Below are positions 1 through 12,700 of a stretch of DNA of 64,000 bases, piece after piece (position 1 is the stretch's first letter; every line of letters begins with the position of its first letter). The stretch lies in the NCBI RefSeq assembly GCF_963676685.1, contig NC_092345.1:85188001-85252000 (forward strand). The letters are read 5' to 3'. The notes beneath the pieces are model-generated. The model saw only the letters and a program-made list of their open reading frames with translations, did no database searches and was not told where the DNA came from. The position numbers and the translations under genes were made by a program. This stretch comes from Mytilus edulis (Eukaryota).

Positions 1-1832
1 AAAAGTTTACAGCCAGCAGTCACTATGCCTGGTATTAAAGCTTCACCCTTTTTATACTTATTAAACTGATGTGCTGGGTTTGCTACCGCTGCCTCAAGTG
101 ATTTTAAAAACGTAGGAGCCTTCTGTCTCCATTCATCTATAACTCTGGCAAATGTAAGAGACTTTATCTTGTCATGGTTACGTAAAATTGAGTTATTCTC
201 TCTTAGTGCCAAAGTCTTAATTTCTCCTTTGATGGTATCAAACACTGTTTCTTGGAAAACATCTTGTAAATCTAGAATTTGAAATTAACGAACCAACTGT
301 AGGCATATCACCAGAGGTTAAGGCATCAAGAATTGGAAAGTGCTTCGCAGGCATGCACCGTATTTCATTTTTTAATCCACGGCATATTATAACCTAAAAA
401 AAGAAAGAAGGTCTTTATTAAAAACAAAAAAAGAAGATGTGTTAGGATTGCAGATGAGACAACTTTCCACAAGAGACCAAAATGACACAGAAATTAACAA
501 CTTCAGGTTACCATACTGCCTTCAACAATAAGTAAAGATTATCATGTCTAAAAATTTAAAATACAAGTAATATAATTTTCACATTTTGAAAATAAATCTA
601 ATGTTTTATTTAATTTAACATTAATATTGGTATTTCACACAAAGATAGCTTTCCATTGACTTAGTTAACACTTTTGGCATCAACTGTTCTTTTTGTGTGT
701 GTGTTTCTTTTTTTTCTGGGGAGGGGGGGTTAAAATTTGCCAGATTCTAGTTTTCCGGAGAGAAAATCATCTTTAATCGATAGGGGTCGTAAAATAAAAC
801 CAGTTTGTTTCCACTAAGAATTGGGACAAACACAAATTTGACACTTTGTTTTCCAAAAAAAAAATATTGTTACTGTATGCTAAAATTAAATAATTGTTCC
901 CAAAAGTTTTTCAAAAATAAATTACTTGTTCTTCAAAAAATAACCATACTCACTATTTCCCTTCTCTAAAAATGATTGTTTCCTTATTAAACTAATGTTT
1001 TTTATTAGTTACTGTTTCATGTTTAATTTCATTATTTTATGTATGAATAAGTGTATAAAAAAGTAAATTAAACATATACATAAAGATATAATTAACAGTT
1101 TTTATAAATATGCTATTCAAGAAATATGCTCTTTAAAAATTTTGTATTCAAAACTGAAATTAACTATGCTTGAATCATAATTCGAATCTAGAAACACATG
1201 AAATATTTGCCACTGGAGGAAAAAAAATATAAAAAAATCAATAAATCAAAAGGGGATTGTACACTTTCTTTGCTCGTTTCTGTTGGTTATAGGATGATGA
1301 TACATGTTTCCTATGAAAGAAAATTCCTTTCTTATTTTCTCTGTTTTTACAATAATGTACTTTACAAACATACCTTCAGTTCTGAATCAGTTTCAGTGTC
1401 AATATTGAATTCAGAGTCTTCTTCTTTTTCCTCATCTCTAGGAAACAACGATTTCCTACTATTAACAGTTGCACTACCATCCTCGGAAAATTGTCTTTTG
1501 AATGAAACCGAGTTATGTCCATGTGTTTCACGTAGTTTTGCCAAAGTATTCTGATATGACGATTTAAATGTTGTGAAAAGACTGTCAATTTTTTGCAATT
1601 CTCTAACACATTTTCTACATGCAGTATCTGCATGTGTCTCTTCTGTAATATTTATTTCCAGATATTTTTCAATAAGAATACAGTATTCAGATTTGATGCT
1701 GCCATGAAATAATTTTCTCCTGTAATCACATTTTTCAATTCTGTTTCCACAAATTACACAAAGAGTTTTTTTAGTTGTTGGAGTAAATTTTATAAATCTA
1801 AAAAACTTTTTTGGAGTAGAACTTTCGGCCAT
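1..1832 (-). pseudogene. Spliced, frameshifted gene nested in the integrin intron: N-terminal C2C2 zinc-binding region, then a region resembling DUF6589-type (AcademH-like) transposase; runs off the window
   Basis: Exon 1 is 1832-1374 (MAESSTPKK...CVIC...CRKC...ELK|GTATGT, phase 0). Exon 2 starts at 393 after ttttag (VIICRGLKNEIRC...GDMPTVGSL). A frame change near 275-285 is needed to continue into LDLQDVFQETVFDTIKGEIKTLALRENNSILRNHDKIKSLTFARVIDEWRQKAPTFLKSLEAAVANP...IPGIVTAGCKL. Family call is from motif memory only. Confidence 0.5.
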
Positions 1833-4209
1833 TAGACACAACAGAAACTCTGACAATGATGTGATGTTTGATCATATGTATAAGTTCAGTGACCTTATCT
1901 TTCTAGTAAGTTATAAAATGAAAATAAATAAACAGTATTTGCACAACACTGGAATATCAAGTTTCACTTCCCAACTGTTATCTGAAATTCTTATCAATAA
2001 ATGTCAATCTTAATTACTCTAAGATTAACAGTTTGGTCAAGCCTCAGACAAACTTTACAAGTCCCTTCCTCCTGCAGATGTCAGTATAATTGTAATCTCC
2101 TAGTTATAGCAGTAAAATTATTAAAGGGGCAAAATTGAAAAAATAATAATAATTAGGAAGGGACATGTAGCAAGTCTAGGCAAGATACAAAAACATCAGA
2201 GACCTGATCATTGGTAACTTACTTATTGACCATATATCATCTTTTGGTGACCATAAACCACACAACCATACAACAAGGATTGTTAAAGTATTGTACTGTG
2301 GTTACTTATATTATCGAATTATATCTGGTAATTAAGATTGGCATCCACCATATTCTAGTATGACATGTAAACACGACCCGGAGATCCATCCATCAAATTT
2401 GACGTAATTGCGTTTACCAGTTCATCAATACACGTAATGTTTATCTTATTACTGTGTTCTCAGACTGAACTTTATTTAAAATTTCAACTTTTTCCAGGAA
2501 AAGATCTTAACTCATTTCAAATTACCTGCTTTCTGACGGTACAAGCCATGTGAAACATCTTTAATGCACTTGAGTGTTAAACCTTGTGTACTTTAAACAC
2601 GACATATATGTATATGAAAAAAATTGTCAGATCTTTTTTTGAAATAATGGTTCAAAGGATTTTTTTAGTTTCGTTCTGATGTTGACTTCATTTTAAATGT
2701 GGTAACCATGTGTAAGATTATGCGTAAATGTGTATCTGAAGCGATGTCAGAATGGAAGAAATTTTTAAAATATGATAATTTTAGTGCATGTTTATTCCCT
2801 AGGTGACTGTCAAATCCCCAAGATAACGCTTGGGCGTTTACTAATATAGTTCTGTTTCCGGACAAATTATCCCATGGAGGTCAAAATGTCCTGTCGAGCG
2901 CCTGCAGTCAACGTCGTCATAAATTAGTTTGGATTAGATAATAAATAATCATGGGAGGGATCACATAATCACTTAACTTCCTCGAGCCTGTCAAGTTCAT
3001 TTCACAAACGTGATCAACTTTACTTAATAGTTTTAAACAATTATAATGCAAAATCATAGCCACCACACTACCATGCAAAAAAAGAAAAAATACACTAATT
3101 TTTAACCTAAAAGTGTTCTTTTAAGAGAGTCATAAAATAACAACACTGACATTTATGCCTTATGGTCAACGATGGTAGTGTAGAACTCAACTGATCTTAT
3201 TTTTCAACTACATCACCGCAATAAAGAGTATTTTGGGGAATGCAAAAGCCTATGATCCATATTTTACATCATGTTGATGTATGTACAAAAAATGTATCCA
3301 GACGGTCATTCGGTTAAAAGTTTAGATTGAAGCATTACTTTAATTATTCATCCATCAATAACTGATAGGTTACAATCATTACTTATCTATGCATGGACAA
3401 TATCTGGAGGCTATCGTGTATCACGTCGTAGAAAAGAAACTGTTAAACATAACAAAATCAAAACAGACATATATCGACCTTTATAAAGAGTTTGATGTTT
3501 ATTTTGTTTAAATAAGCGTGGCTAAATTAATGTAAATATCTAGCTAACACGTTTTTGACGATTATTTTTCATTGATATAAAATCGTGTACATTTGTTTGT
3601 ATATGTAAGATTTATAAAACAAGATTAGACGATACATGACAACGAAGTGAATAGAGATGCTGTGTCATTTGAAGTTGAATTTTTCAATTAAGTAAATGGT
3701 TGAAAGAAATTGAAGAATGGGGTCCTAAGTACACCAAAAGCATGTAGATGTCATCCGTGAATATATATTATCCAGAGTCAATTAATGATCTATTAATCCG
3801 ATCACCTGCTGATCGCTTAGGGATTCACCATAGGATTTTTTAAGCCAAGTTTACATCACATAGATAACACATGTTTGATGAGATAAAAGATAATTGTAAA
3901 ATAATAAACACAAAACATGTGTAGCGTTTAACCTCGTCTTCCCGTCAGATTATAGTTATGTACTGATTGAACAAAAATGTTCATACTACATGTATAGTAC
4001 ATAAAACTAGATAAGAACATGATTGCAGCAACCTCTTACGATCCATATTAGTTTACCTTGCAAGTTTTATTTGTAATTACAATATTTTCAATGTATATTT
4101 CATTAGAAATACCATCTACAAATATCATCTCTTCAGTTAGTAATTGATTATTCTCGTAACTGTGGCAACACTTTTCTTTGTGAACTTTAAAGAATTTGTG
4201 AAAACTTAC

Positions 4210-4421
4210 CATCCTGTGTTTTGGTCGAGATGTTGAGCTACTGAGAATCCGAACATACTCCCAGTTTCACCTCTTTGAATTATAGCGTTCTTTATATCCA
4301 AATTAAAGGCACTAGTTATAGGAATTGCATATCCAAAAATACACACAAACAAAACTATCACAGAAACATCGAAAAAACTATTTTTTCCGCAACTACACTT
4401 TGAGAAAAATACCTTATCCAT
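4210..4421 (-). CDS. Integrin alpha subunit, first coding exon (signal peptide and start of the FG-GAP beta-propeller); remainder outside the window
   Basis: MDKVFF...VIVLFVCIFGYAIPITSA|FNLDIKNAIIQRGETGSMFGFSVAQHLDQNTGW. Hydrophobic signal peptide, the canonical mature N-terminus FNLD and GSxFGFSVA motif, ending at a TG|GTAAGT donor. Confidence 0.92.
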
Positions 4422-6705
4422 TTTAAAACGAAATAAATAACTAGTTAATCTCATATTTATAAAACCAAGTGATCACTTTATCCAAAGTTGTTTTGTAAGA
4501 AGAAGTATTTAATTTCACACATATAATAATTTCATCGTTTTCTACACACTAAACAACAACTTCCTACGGTATCGTATGTGTATGTAAGATATTGGCATTT
4601 GTAAGAGTGATCCATTACTGCCTTCAGGGGGTGATCAGGTTAAAGTGATGCACGTCGGACGAGTTTATTGCCCCGTGTGTGTAAAGATCCTAATATAGAA
4701 ATTGGCCTGACTCATTCATAAAATCATTAAAAAAAAAAGCTCCCGCTGTTGTTTGAATTAGTTTGTGAGAGGAAGTTTTATATTTGATGTGAGATTCCGT
4801 CTCCTTGTAAATGACCAGCAGTAAATTGCACGTTTGACCTAGATTTAAAAAGATTTATGAAGATGGTTGACCAATATAATTAATTGAATGTTACCCAACC
4901 TAATAACAGACATAAGACATATATTATGGACATTTTGGAAAGGCACAACAAGGATTGACACAACACATTTAACTGATTGATTTAATGTTTTTTTGTTCAC
5001 TTTTGTTTTTCTCTGGTCAAATTTACAGAGCTATCATTTTTCTTTTGTCACTGTTTGACAAAGAAAAGTATTTATATTACGATTCTTAAACATTTACTTA
5101 AACAATATTAAACTCAGTGTAAAATAAAAAAAAAAACATACTTTTGAAATTTGTATGTTTTATTTGATTCTCCTTTAAAGTACACTGAACAGAGATTAAA
5201 ACAGAAAGAGTGTTTTATGTAGTTAAAAGGAAGTTTGTAAAATAGTAATTCGTGTAAATTTAACGCCGTCGGGAAGATATTAAAGGATTGTTGAAAACTT
5301 CGTAAGATGATTACGTATTTTTATAACAATTAACTATTTTTATTTTGACAGATCTGCTAATATCAATCACTTTGGAGATGCAGTCGATTGAAAAAAATGT
5401 GAACACCAAATACCTTTACATTAATATAAACAAGTGTCAGCTAGATAAATATCTATATATATAAGATTTTTATTGGGTTTTTTTTTAACACGGAGGATTA
5501 AAAAACAAAATTTTATGTATTATTGAAGTTTGAACATTATATTACGTAAGTTATTGCAAAAATAATCATGAGTGAATAGTGAATTGTGGAATTCTACCAT
5601 CTACGGAGTTTTGAAATTTGTAAACTGGAATTAAATCAGTCAAGTTTGATGTAATATGTAATTTGATGGCTTCAAAAAAATATTTTATACTAAAATAGCG
5701 CTGCAGTTACCAAAGATCAGACAGTTGGTTTTCGCCTTTTGGTTGTTTTTTTTCACGATATTGTCATGTCGGGGACATTTATAACATAGTTTACAGCATT
5801 TGTTTTTGCTCATTGTTGAAGCTCGTATGTTGGTCGACCCATAATTATTTACATGCTTGTCCTTTGTTCGCTATTAATTTTGATAGTTGGCTCATTTGCA
5901 ATCCCACCCTCATCTCCTTGTTTTTATGATTATACAACAGAAATGAACAAACTGATGAGAGACTTAGCACCCCTATAGAATCTTTTTACAGTCGTCTTTA
6001 AAGAAAGTAGTCAGTGAAACATACAAGCTAGTTTCAATTTCGATGCCTGCTTGTTATTAGTTTGTACTGTTCTGATTGACCATATTTACTTTTAATCTAG
6101 AAACGACACTAATTTATAGACTGGGTAGGATCATGGTAGTATTACATGAGCTTAATATTATTTCATTCGTTTGAATGCGATACATGTTTTTTAATTGACC
6201 CATGTTGCTCATTTTTCTATCAATTGTATATACTCAAACTTAATCTACCGTGAATAAAATGAATAAATTCAGTTAAACACAAAGTCTTTAAAACCAACAA
6301 GTATACATTCATTTAATTGATGATTCCATACGGGTGTACATTTAACATGAATCATTTCTCCATAAATTCATCTTTTTGTCTACTTTCTTTTCTCCATTTT
6401 AGTCATAACGGAAATAACATGCATAATAGAAATATCGCCTTTATTTCCACAACGCCTAAAAGTTATCTCCATAAACAAATAACTATAATACAAACGTACT
6501 ATAAGAGGACATAAAACTATCCATGTGTGGCTCTTATATATGCATTGAATTTTTTTTCGATCAACGAAGGACAACTCCGAATAAAGCAGAACATCTTCAC
6601 CAATTACACAAATGTATATTATTATCATACGAACAAACAACTGTTATACAAAAATAAAAATGAGTATTCTATAATGACTGTATAGATTTAAACTGCGAGA
6701 TAAAA

Positions 6706-9700
6706 TTAAATTGCATCGTATGTTCGTACTTTTCCTCTCCCAATAACAAAACGAGTACCATCCTACAAAAAAGTATAAATTCAGTAAATTCATGAACTAT
6801 AATTACAATAGGGTGTACATTTTTATATATATGAAATACTTATACTTTTGTATAAGGTCAATACTTTTGTATAAGGTCAAATATTCCCTATCATACCTTT
6901 TTAATTACTTACATGTTTGAAGCAATTAGCTACTACATTATGTCTGTCGTATGTAAGTGACAGGAGTAAAACGATTGTCTAAGCCTACGCAAGGTTTTCA
7001 ATCAATGAGTTATACAGGATATACAACTCAAAATGAAGAGTTATCAAGTGACCAGAACTCTTACTGGTATGAATTTCTTTATTGGTCAAAATGACCCTCT
7101 TACCAACATACAGTGAAAATATTTAAACTTTGCCCTGAGTGTGTCAAGTTTAAAAAAGCGAAACAGTTTGAATTGACTTTTTTTATATACAGAAGCTTTG
7201 TATATATTCAGCAAGTAAACCGTCTCGAAGCCTAATTTCCGTAAAACAATAACGGGCCCCAATGAGCCTGGAAATTTCACATAGAAGGGTACCTATATAA
7301 CATCAATTTTTATAGCAACAGTAGTATAGGGGCAATGGCGATGTCATATACCACATTGGATTGCAACCAGTTTGATCCAGATCAATAAGATTTTATTTTG
7401 TATGGTCAACTCTTTTTAGGACAGCACATCCAACGGAAAGTATATTGACTACTTTCATAACTTGTAGATACTCAAGTTATCTTTCAAATGAACTTTACTT
7501 TTCTCTTTCAAAATAATAGTTCCAAAGATAATTGCAAAACACAGTTAAATTGGTTAATAACCGTCATTTAGGCGTACATGAAATAATTCCCATACGTTAT
7601 TTTCACCAATATGGTATGGCATTAGTTTTCTGTTTTGCTTTTTTCAATCATATTGTCATAATATTGTTGTAAAATGATGCCCTTTATGGGTTCTTGATTA
7701 GATTAATAAAATTCTTATCTTATCTTATCTTATCTTATCTTATCTTATCTTATCTTATCTTATCTTATCTTATCTTATACTAGTAGCTTTAATTTGAAAA
7801 AAAACCCTCAAAAATGCTCTTTCGAATGATTAAAATATCCAATGTTGACAAAGTCACAAAAATATACACAACATATTATTTTTACCTTTATATATACTGG
7901 TACAGCAACCCAAAAGTCATGATTTGGTATAACTCGTTTACCAGATTCTTTACGTATAAATATTTGAACGAGTATTCCGATAAGTATGTACAGAAACAAT
8001 AAAGATACAAACCTACAAAAAAAAACCACATAAAAATAGGACAAAATAGATCAATCTAATTCAAATATAGATAGCTGCTCGCGTTATACTATATATTGGG
8101 AGATCTATATTTTAATTAGATTGAAAAATAGAGCACACGAGTTTTACAGCGTTAACGTTTTGAAAATTGCACATAAGCAGTACTGTATTTATGCAGCACT
8201 TAACAAATATAACTTTTTATGTTACTCAGTATAAATATACAGGTATGTCTTTTCTCGTGCTATTTATACTTTGGACATGCATGTCCGTAAAAGAGGGGCG
8301 AAAGATACCAGAGGGTAAAGTGACACGACATTTCAAAATCAGAATTTATATAATCGTGCCTTAACTTGATTTAACATCTCTCAACCATCAAAGTATCATA
8401 ATATAAGAACTAGACATTCGTTTTTTTCCTCCAATTATCCCAGTCATTGGGCCGAAGACGACTTTGATAAATTCACAATAAAAAGGTGCGTTTCAAAACA
8501 TTTATTAATACCCTCTGAACCTGACAATAATGTAGAAGTGTATACATATATATATTCTAAAACACATGTTATCTATCCGTACCCCGAAATGAAGAATTAT
8601 TAATAACTTACCCTATACATAGTATAGAGCCTACAGATAATCCAGATGAATCACAGACGTATTTGGACTTCAACTGGAACAACTGAAAAGGGAAAGTTTG
8701 CATTATTCTGCCAGAGACTCTATATCATGGTCCCGTAAGGGTTGTAGAATTACAGAGGTTGTCGAAAACATCTGAAAATACAATACTAAAGAAATATTAA
8801 GCCTCCACTGACAAACTTTATACTAACACTAACAGAAAATAAGTGTAAATATAATATATAGTGAAGCTTATAATGCTTTAAACCCATTGAACTTGAATTA
8901 AAGGGTACAAGATACAGTTTAGTATGCCTCATAACTTGACTTACATTTGGAAATTAACAACTAGGGTCGGTAGAGAACAAAACTGTACGACTAAATTGGG
9001 GATTTTATCTTTACAATTGTAAATTTTCCATTTATATGTAGCAACAATTAAGCAGCGCGTTCATATGGAGTATACTAGCATATTTTCCGAGTTGAAACGA
9101 ATTCCAGAGCGTTTCAAATCATGATTTCCATAACAGAGGGTTGTTGCTTACAATGAAACTATTAAACCAAGGGTTCTGAGAAGTAAAATTACCAGTTCGA
9201 AAGTGTTATGGACGCCATTACGAATTGTTAGACGTCACCGTTATGGAATATCTGTGTCTACAGATTACTACAGATATGTTCCAACTTCCAAATGTCAAAA
9301 CAACAATGCCGTTCGATTTACTAGTACTATCACCGAATGAGAATCTTCGGCGAATGTGTACTTACCATTTGTACTTACAACAAGTAACACAACGATTGCC
9401 ACTTAAAGATCAGGATCTGCTAACCCTTTCGGGGTACCTCAGATAACTCGGATGTAATTTTTAAGGGGTAAGTGGCATCAGTTTTTCATGCAGTGTTTTA
9501 TGAACTTGCTTATATTGCGTCGTCTTTCGTTTTTTTCGAAGGCGTTGTTAGTTTCTTATGACTTCTGAGTTTTTATTGACCCCATTGGTATCTTCCAGCA
9601 CACCAAAACCTCATAAACTGTAAGGCACACCAAGCATCAAAAATTGTATGGAACACCATCTAAAGCCTCATAACCTCATCGTAAGGCACTCCAAGCTACA

Positions 9701-12700
9701 TACTGTAAGGAACACCAGATTAAGCCTTCACAAAATGTAAGGCACACCCCCTTTAAGGACGCCAAGCTCATTAACTGTAAGGCATAACAAATCTGATAAA
9801 CTGTAAGGCACACCAAGCCTCACATACTGTAAGGAACACCAGATTAAGCACGCCTAGCTCATTAACTGTAAGGCATACCAAGCCTCATAAACTGTAAGGC
9901 ACACCAAGCCTCATTCACTGTAAGGTACACCACGCCTCATACACTGTGAGGCACACCAAGCCTCATACACTGTAAGGCACACCAAGCCTCATACACTAAA
10001 GCCACGGAGGCATCGTAAACTGAAAGGTACATAAGGGCTTAAACACTATAAGACAGGCGCACATCATAACTTAAAAGATATATTAACTGTTACACACACC
10101 AAGCCTCATAAACTGTAAATAGTTAGCAAAGGTACCAGAATTATAATTTGATACGCCAGACGCGCGTTTCGTCTACATAAGACTCACCAGTGACGCTCAG
10201 ATCAAAATAGTTATAAAGCCAAACAATTTTAAAAAAAGTTGAAGATCATTGAGGACCTAAAATTCCAAAAAGTTGTGCCAAATACGGCTAAGGTAATCTG
10301 TGAGACTTTAAGCATGTCACTTGCCTTACGAACTGTAAGGAATACCAGGCATTCTGAACTGTAAGGCACTCAAGGTCACGTTATTTGTAAAGCACATCAA
10401 TGCTCATCACCCGAAAGACACTAAAGGCTTCATAAACTGTAAGACACTTGAGGCCCCATAAACTATAAGACAATAGGGCTCCATAAACTGTAAGACACAA
10501 AATGCCTCACAAACTGTCAGACACTAAAGGTCTTATAAACTGCAAGGCACTCATAAATTGTAAGTCACCTAAGGTTTCGTAAACTTTTTTTATTTATAAG
10601 ACACTTAATACTTAGTAACCATTAACAGTACAGCAAATATATCTTCGAATTAAATTTGTCCCATAAACAGCAAAACAGTAAAACAGTAAAACCTGTTGAC
10701 CCACTATAGTATGTCAACGGAGTGCTGCAATGATCGAAACAACTAGACTTGACTGTATACAAGTAAGCCGCACGACCCCTTGTGTCAAGTTGCGACATAC
10801 AAGTCCATACAAGTGGTTACTATAAGAAGCCCTTTCACGTTGCGCAGTTAAATCTAACTAGTCGGTCGGTTGATAAATTAGAAAATGTAACCTCGGGTGG
10901 TTTACAACCGCAAATATGTTGTCGTGTGAAATTGAGGGCACCGTGATATACAAACAAAATTCTCTGGTTGGCATATCTTGTTTTAAATAAATCAATGTGG
11001 AAAGATAAATATACTTACAAAAGTTCCTGTTGGAGGAATGTCCTGTCCAAGGGAAGTCAAGTCTCCGTGTACTGATTTGTCACATACCAAATTGATTACA
11101 GCCTTTCTGAAATAAATAATACCCACAAATTGATACATGTGTAAAACTTCTCATTCTGTTATCTTTTGGTTAATTTCGTTGGGTTTCTCTCGCGATCACT
11201 GACGTATAATCCACACCTTCCTTTTATTCATATGTTCCGGGCATACTTTAAGATTGTTTCAAAGGCTGTATGAAAAAGGAACGAAAAGGAGTTGATTGTT
11301 TATCAAGAGTTTGTTAAAATCAGGTTAACGATCGTTTATTTGATTAAATGCACCGTTACATGAACACGCTTGATTCAACCAAAAATGTGCTGCACTAAAA
11401 TATCGTAGAAAAATAAAATGGACAGTGTTTCCACAACAGTGATCCATTGAATATTTTTAACTTTGGTCTATGATAAGAACTCTAATATGACTAAGCTTCT
11501 TAAGGGCACGATTCTTTTAATGGCATATCTTTTGGGGTGCTCTCTGGAACTCGGTCATCCGACCATCTCTATAGTACACGAAGGATTGCGTTGAATAAAA
11601 ACCGCAATATGTGAACTTCATTTATTTATTTAGGGAACTTACTGTTCGGCGTTTTGCGTATCACTGTAAGCTATTTGTAGTTGATCTCCGTCGTATGAGA
11701 ATTCTGCGCTGTCCTGTGTGCCTATAGGTACGTATTGGAATATTGGCCCAGATATTATTTCGTGACATACCTGAAAAGTACATATAATATACAGCATGTT
11801 AGGGGATAACCAGTGTACTGTAGGTCAAGGGGTTTAATTGACGACTGTTCATGCAAGCTTTAACATGTTCTGTTTTGTCAATTCTTTTTTTGAGATTCAC
11901 TTGTTGTCGAGTATCGAGTTGCGAGTTAAGAAAATCGAGTTGCAAGTTAAGAAAGTCGAGTTGCGAGTTACGAAAGTCGAGTTGCGAGTTACAAAAGTCG
12001 AGTTGCGAGTTACAAAAGTCGAGTTGCGAGTTACAAAAGTCGAGTTGCGAGTTACGAAAGTCGAGTTTCGAGTTACAAAAGTCGAGTTGCGAGTTACGAA
12101 AGTCGAGTTGCGAGTTACGAAAGTCGAGTTGCGAGTTACGAAAGTCGAGCTGCGAGTTACGAAAGTCGAGTTGCGAGTTACGAAAGTCGAGTTGCGAGTT
12201 ACGAAAGTCGAGTTGCGAGTTACAAAAGTTGAGTTGCGAGTTGAGAAAGTCGAGTTGCGAGTTACGAAAGTCGAGTTGCGAGTTACAAAATTCGAGTTGC
12301 GAGTTACAAAAGTCGAGTTGCGAGTTACAAAAGTCGAGTTGCGAGTTACGAACGTCGAGTTGCGAGTTACAAAAGTTGAGTTGCGAGTAAAGAAAATCGA
12401 GTTGCGAGTTAAGAAAGTCGAGTTGCGAGTTACAAAAGTCGAATTGCGTAAAAATGTGGAAACTAAAATATTTCAATTTTTTGGTGTAACTGATAACATT
12501 TCTGAATGATGATTTCTTATAGAATTGTATATAGTGTTGTTGATTATTTTTGTGGTTTGGACTCTATTTGAGTCTCTTGTAAAAATAAAATGGACTAGAT
12601 AATCACTACGTTTAGTATTTTCTGAAGAAGCAGATAGCCTTTTGAAATACAGCAGATGGCTTGCATTTTAATTATTTTAAAATTTCATACATAGCACCGT

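Noticed and set aside
6380-6640. 86-aa minus-strand ORF as the last exon of the receptor gene
   Set aside because: The true terminal exon is 6762-6706 (DGTRF...YDAI-stop); this ORF falls in the presumed 3-prime UTR and has no recognisable motif.
8683-8771. Alternative upstream acceptor for receptor exon 5 (ttttcag at about 8772)
   Set aside because: Introduces an in-frame stop; no support without transcripts.
9600-10585. Repeat-spacer-like pattern suggesting a CRISPR array
   Set aside because: Units are contiguous degenerate tandem copies with no unique spacers, in a eukaryotic intron with no cas genes.
11799-12509. Long ORFs on both strands (NSQLDFR, VELRVTK and KSSCELR repeats)
   Set aside because: By-products of a stop-poor 21-bp array inside an intron.
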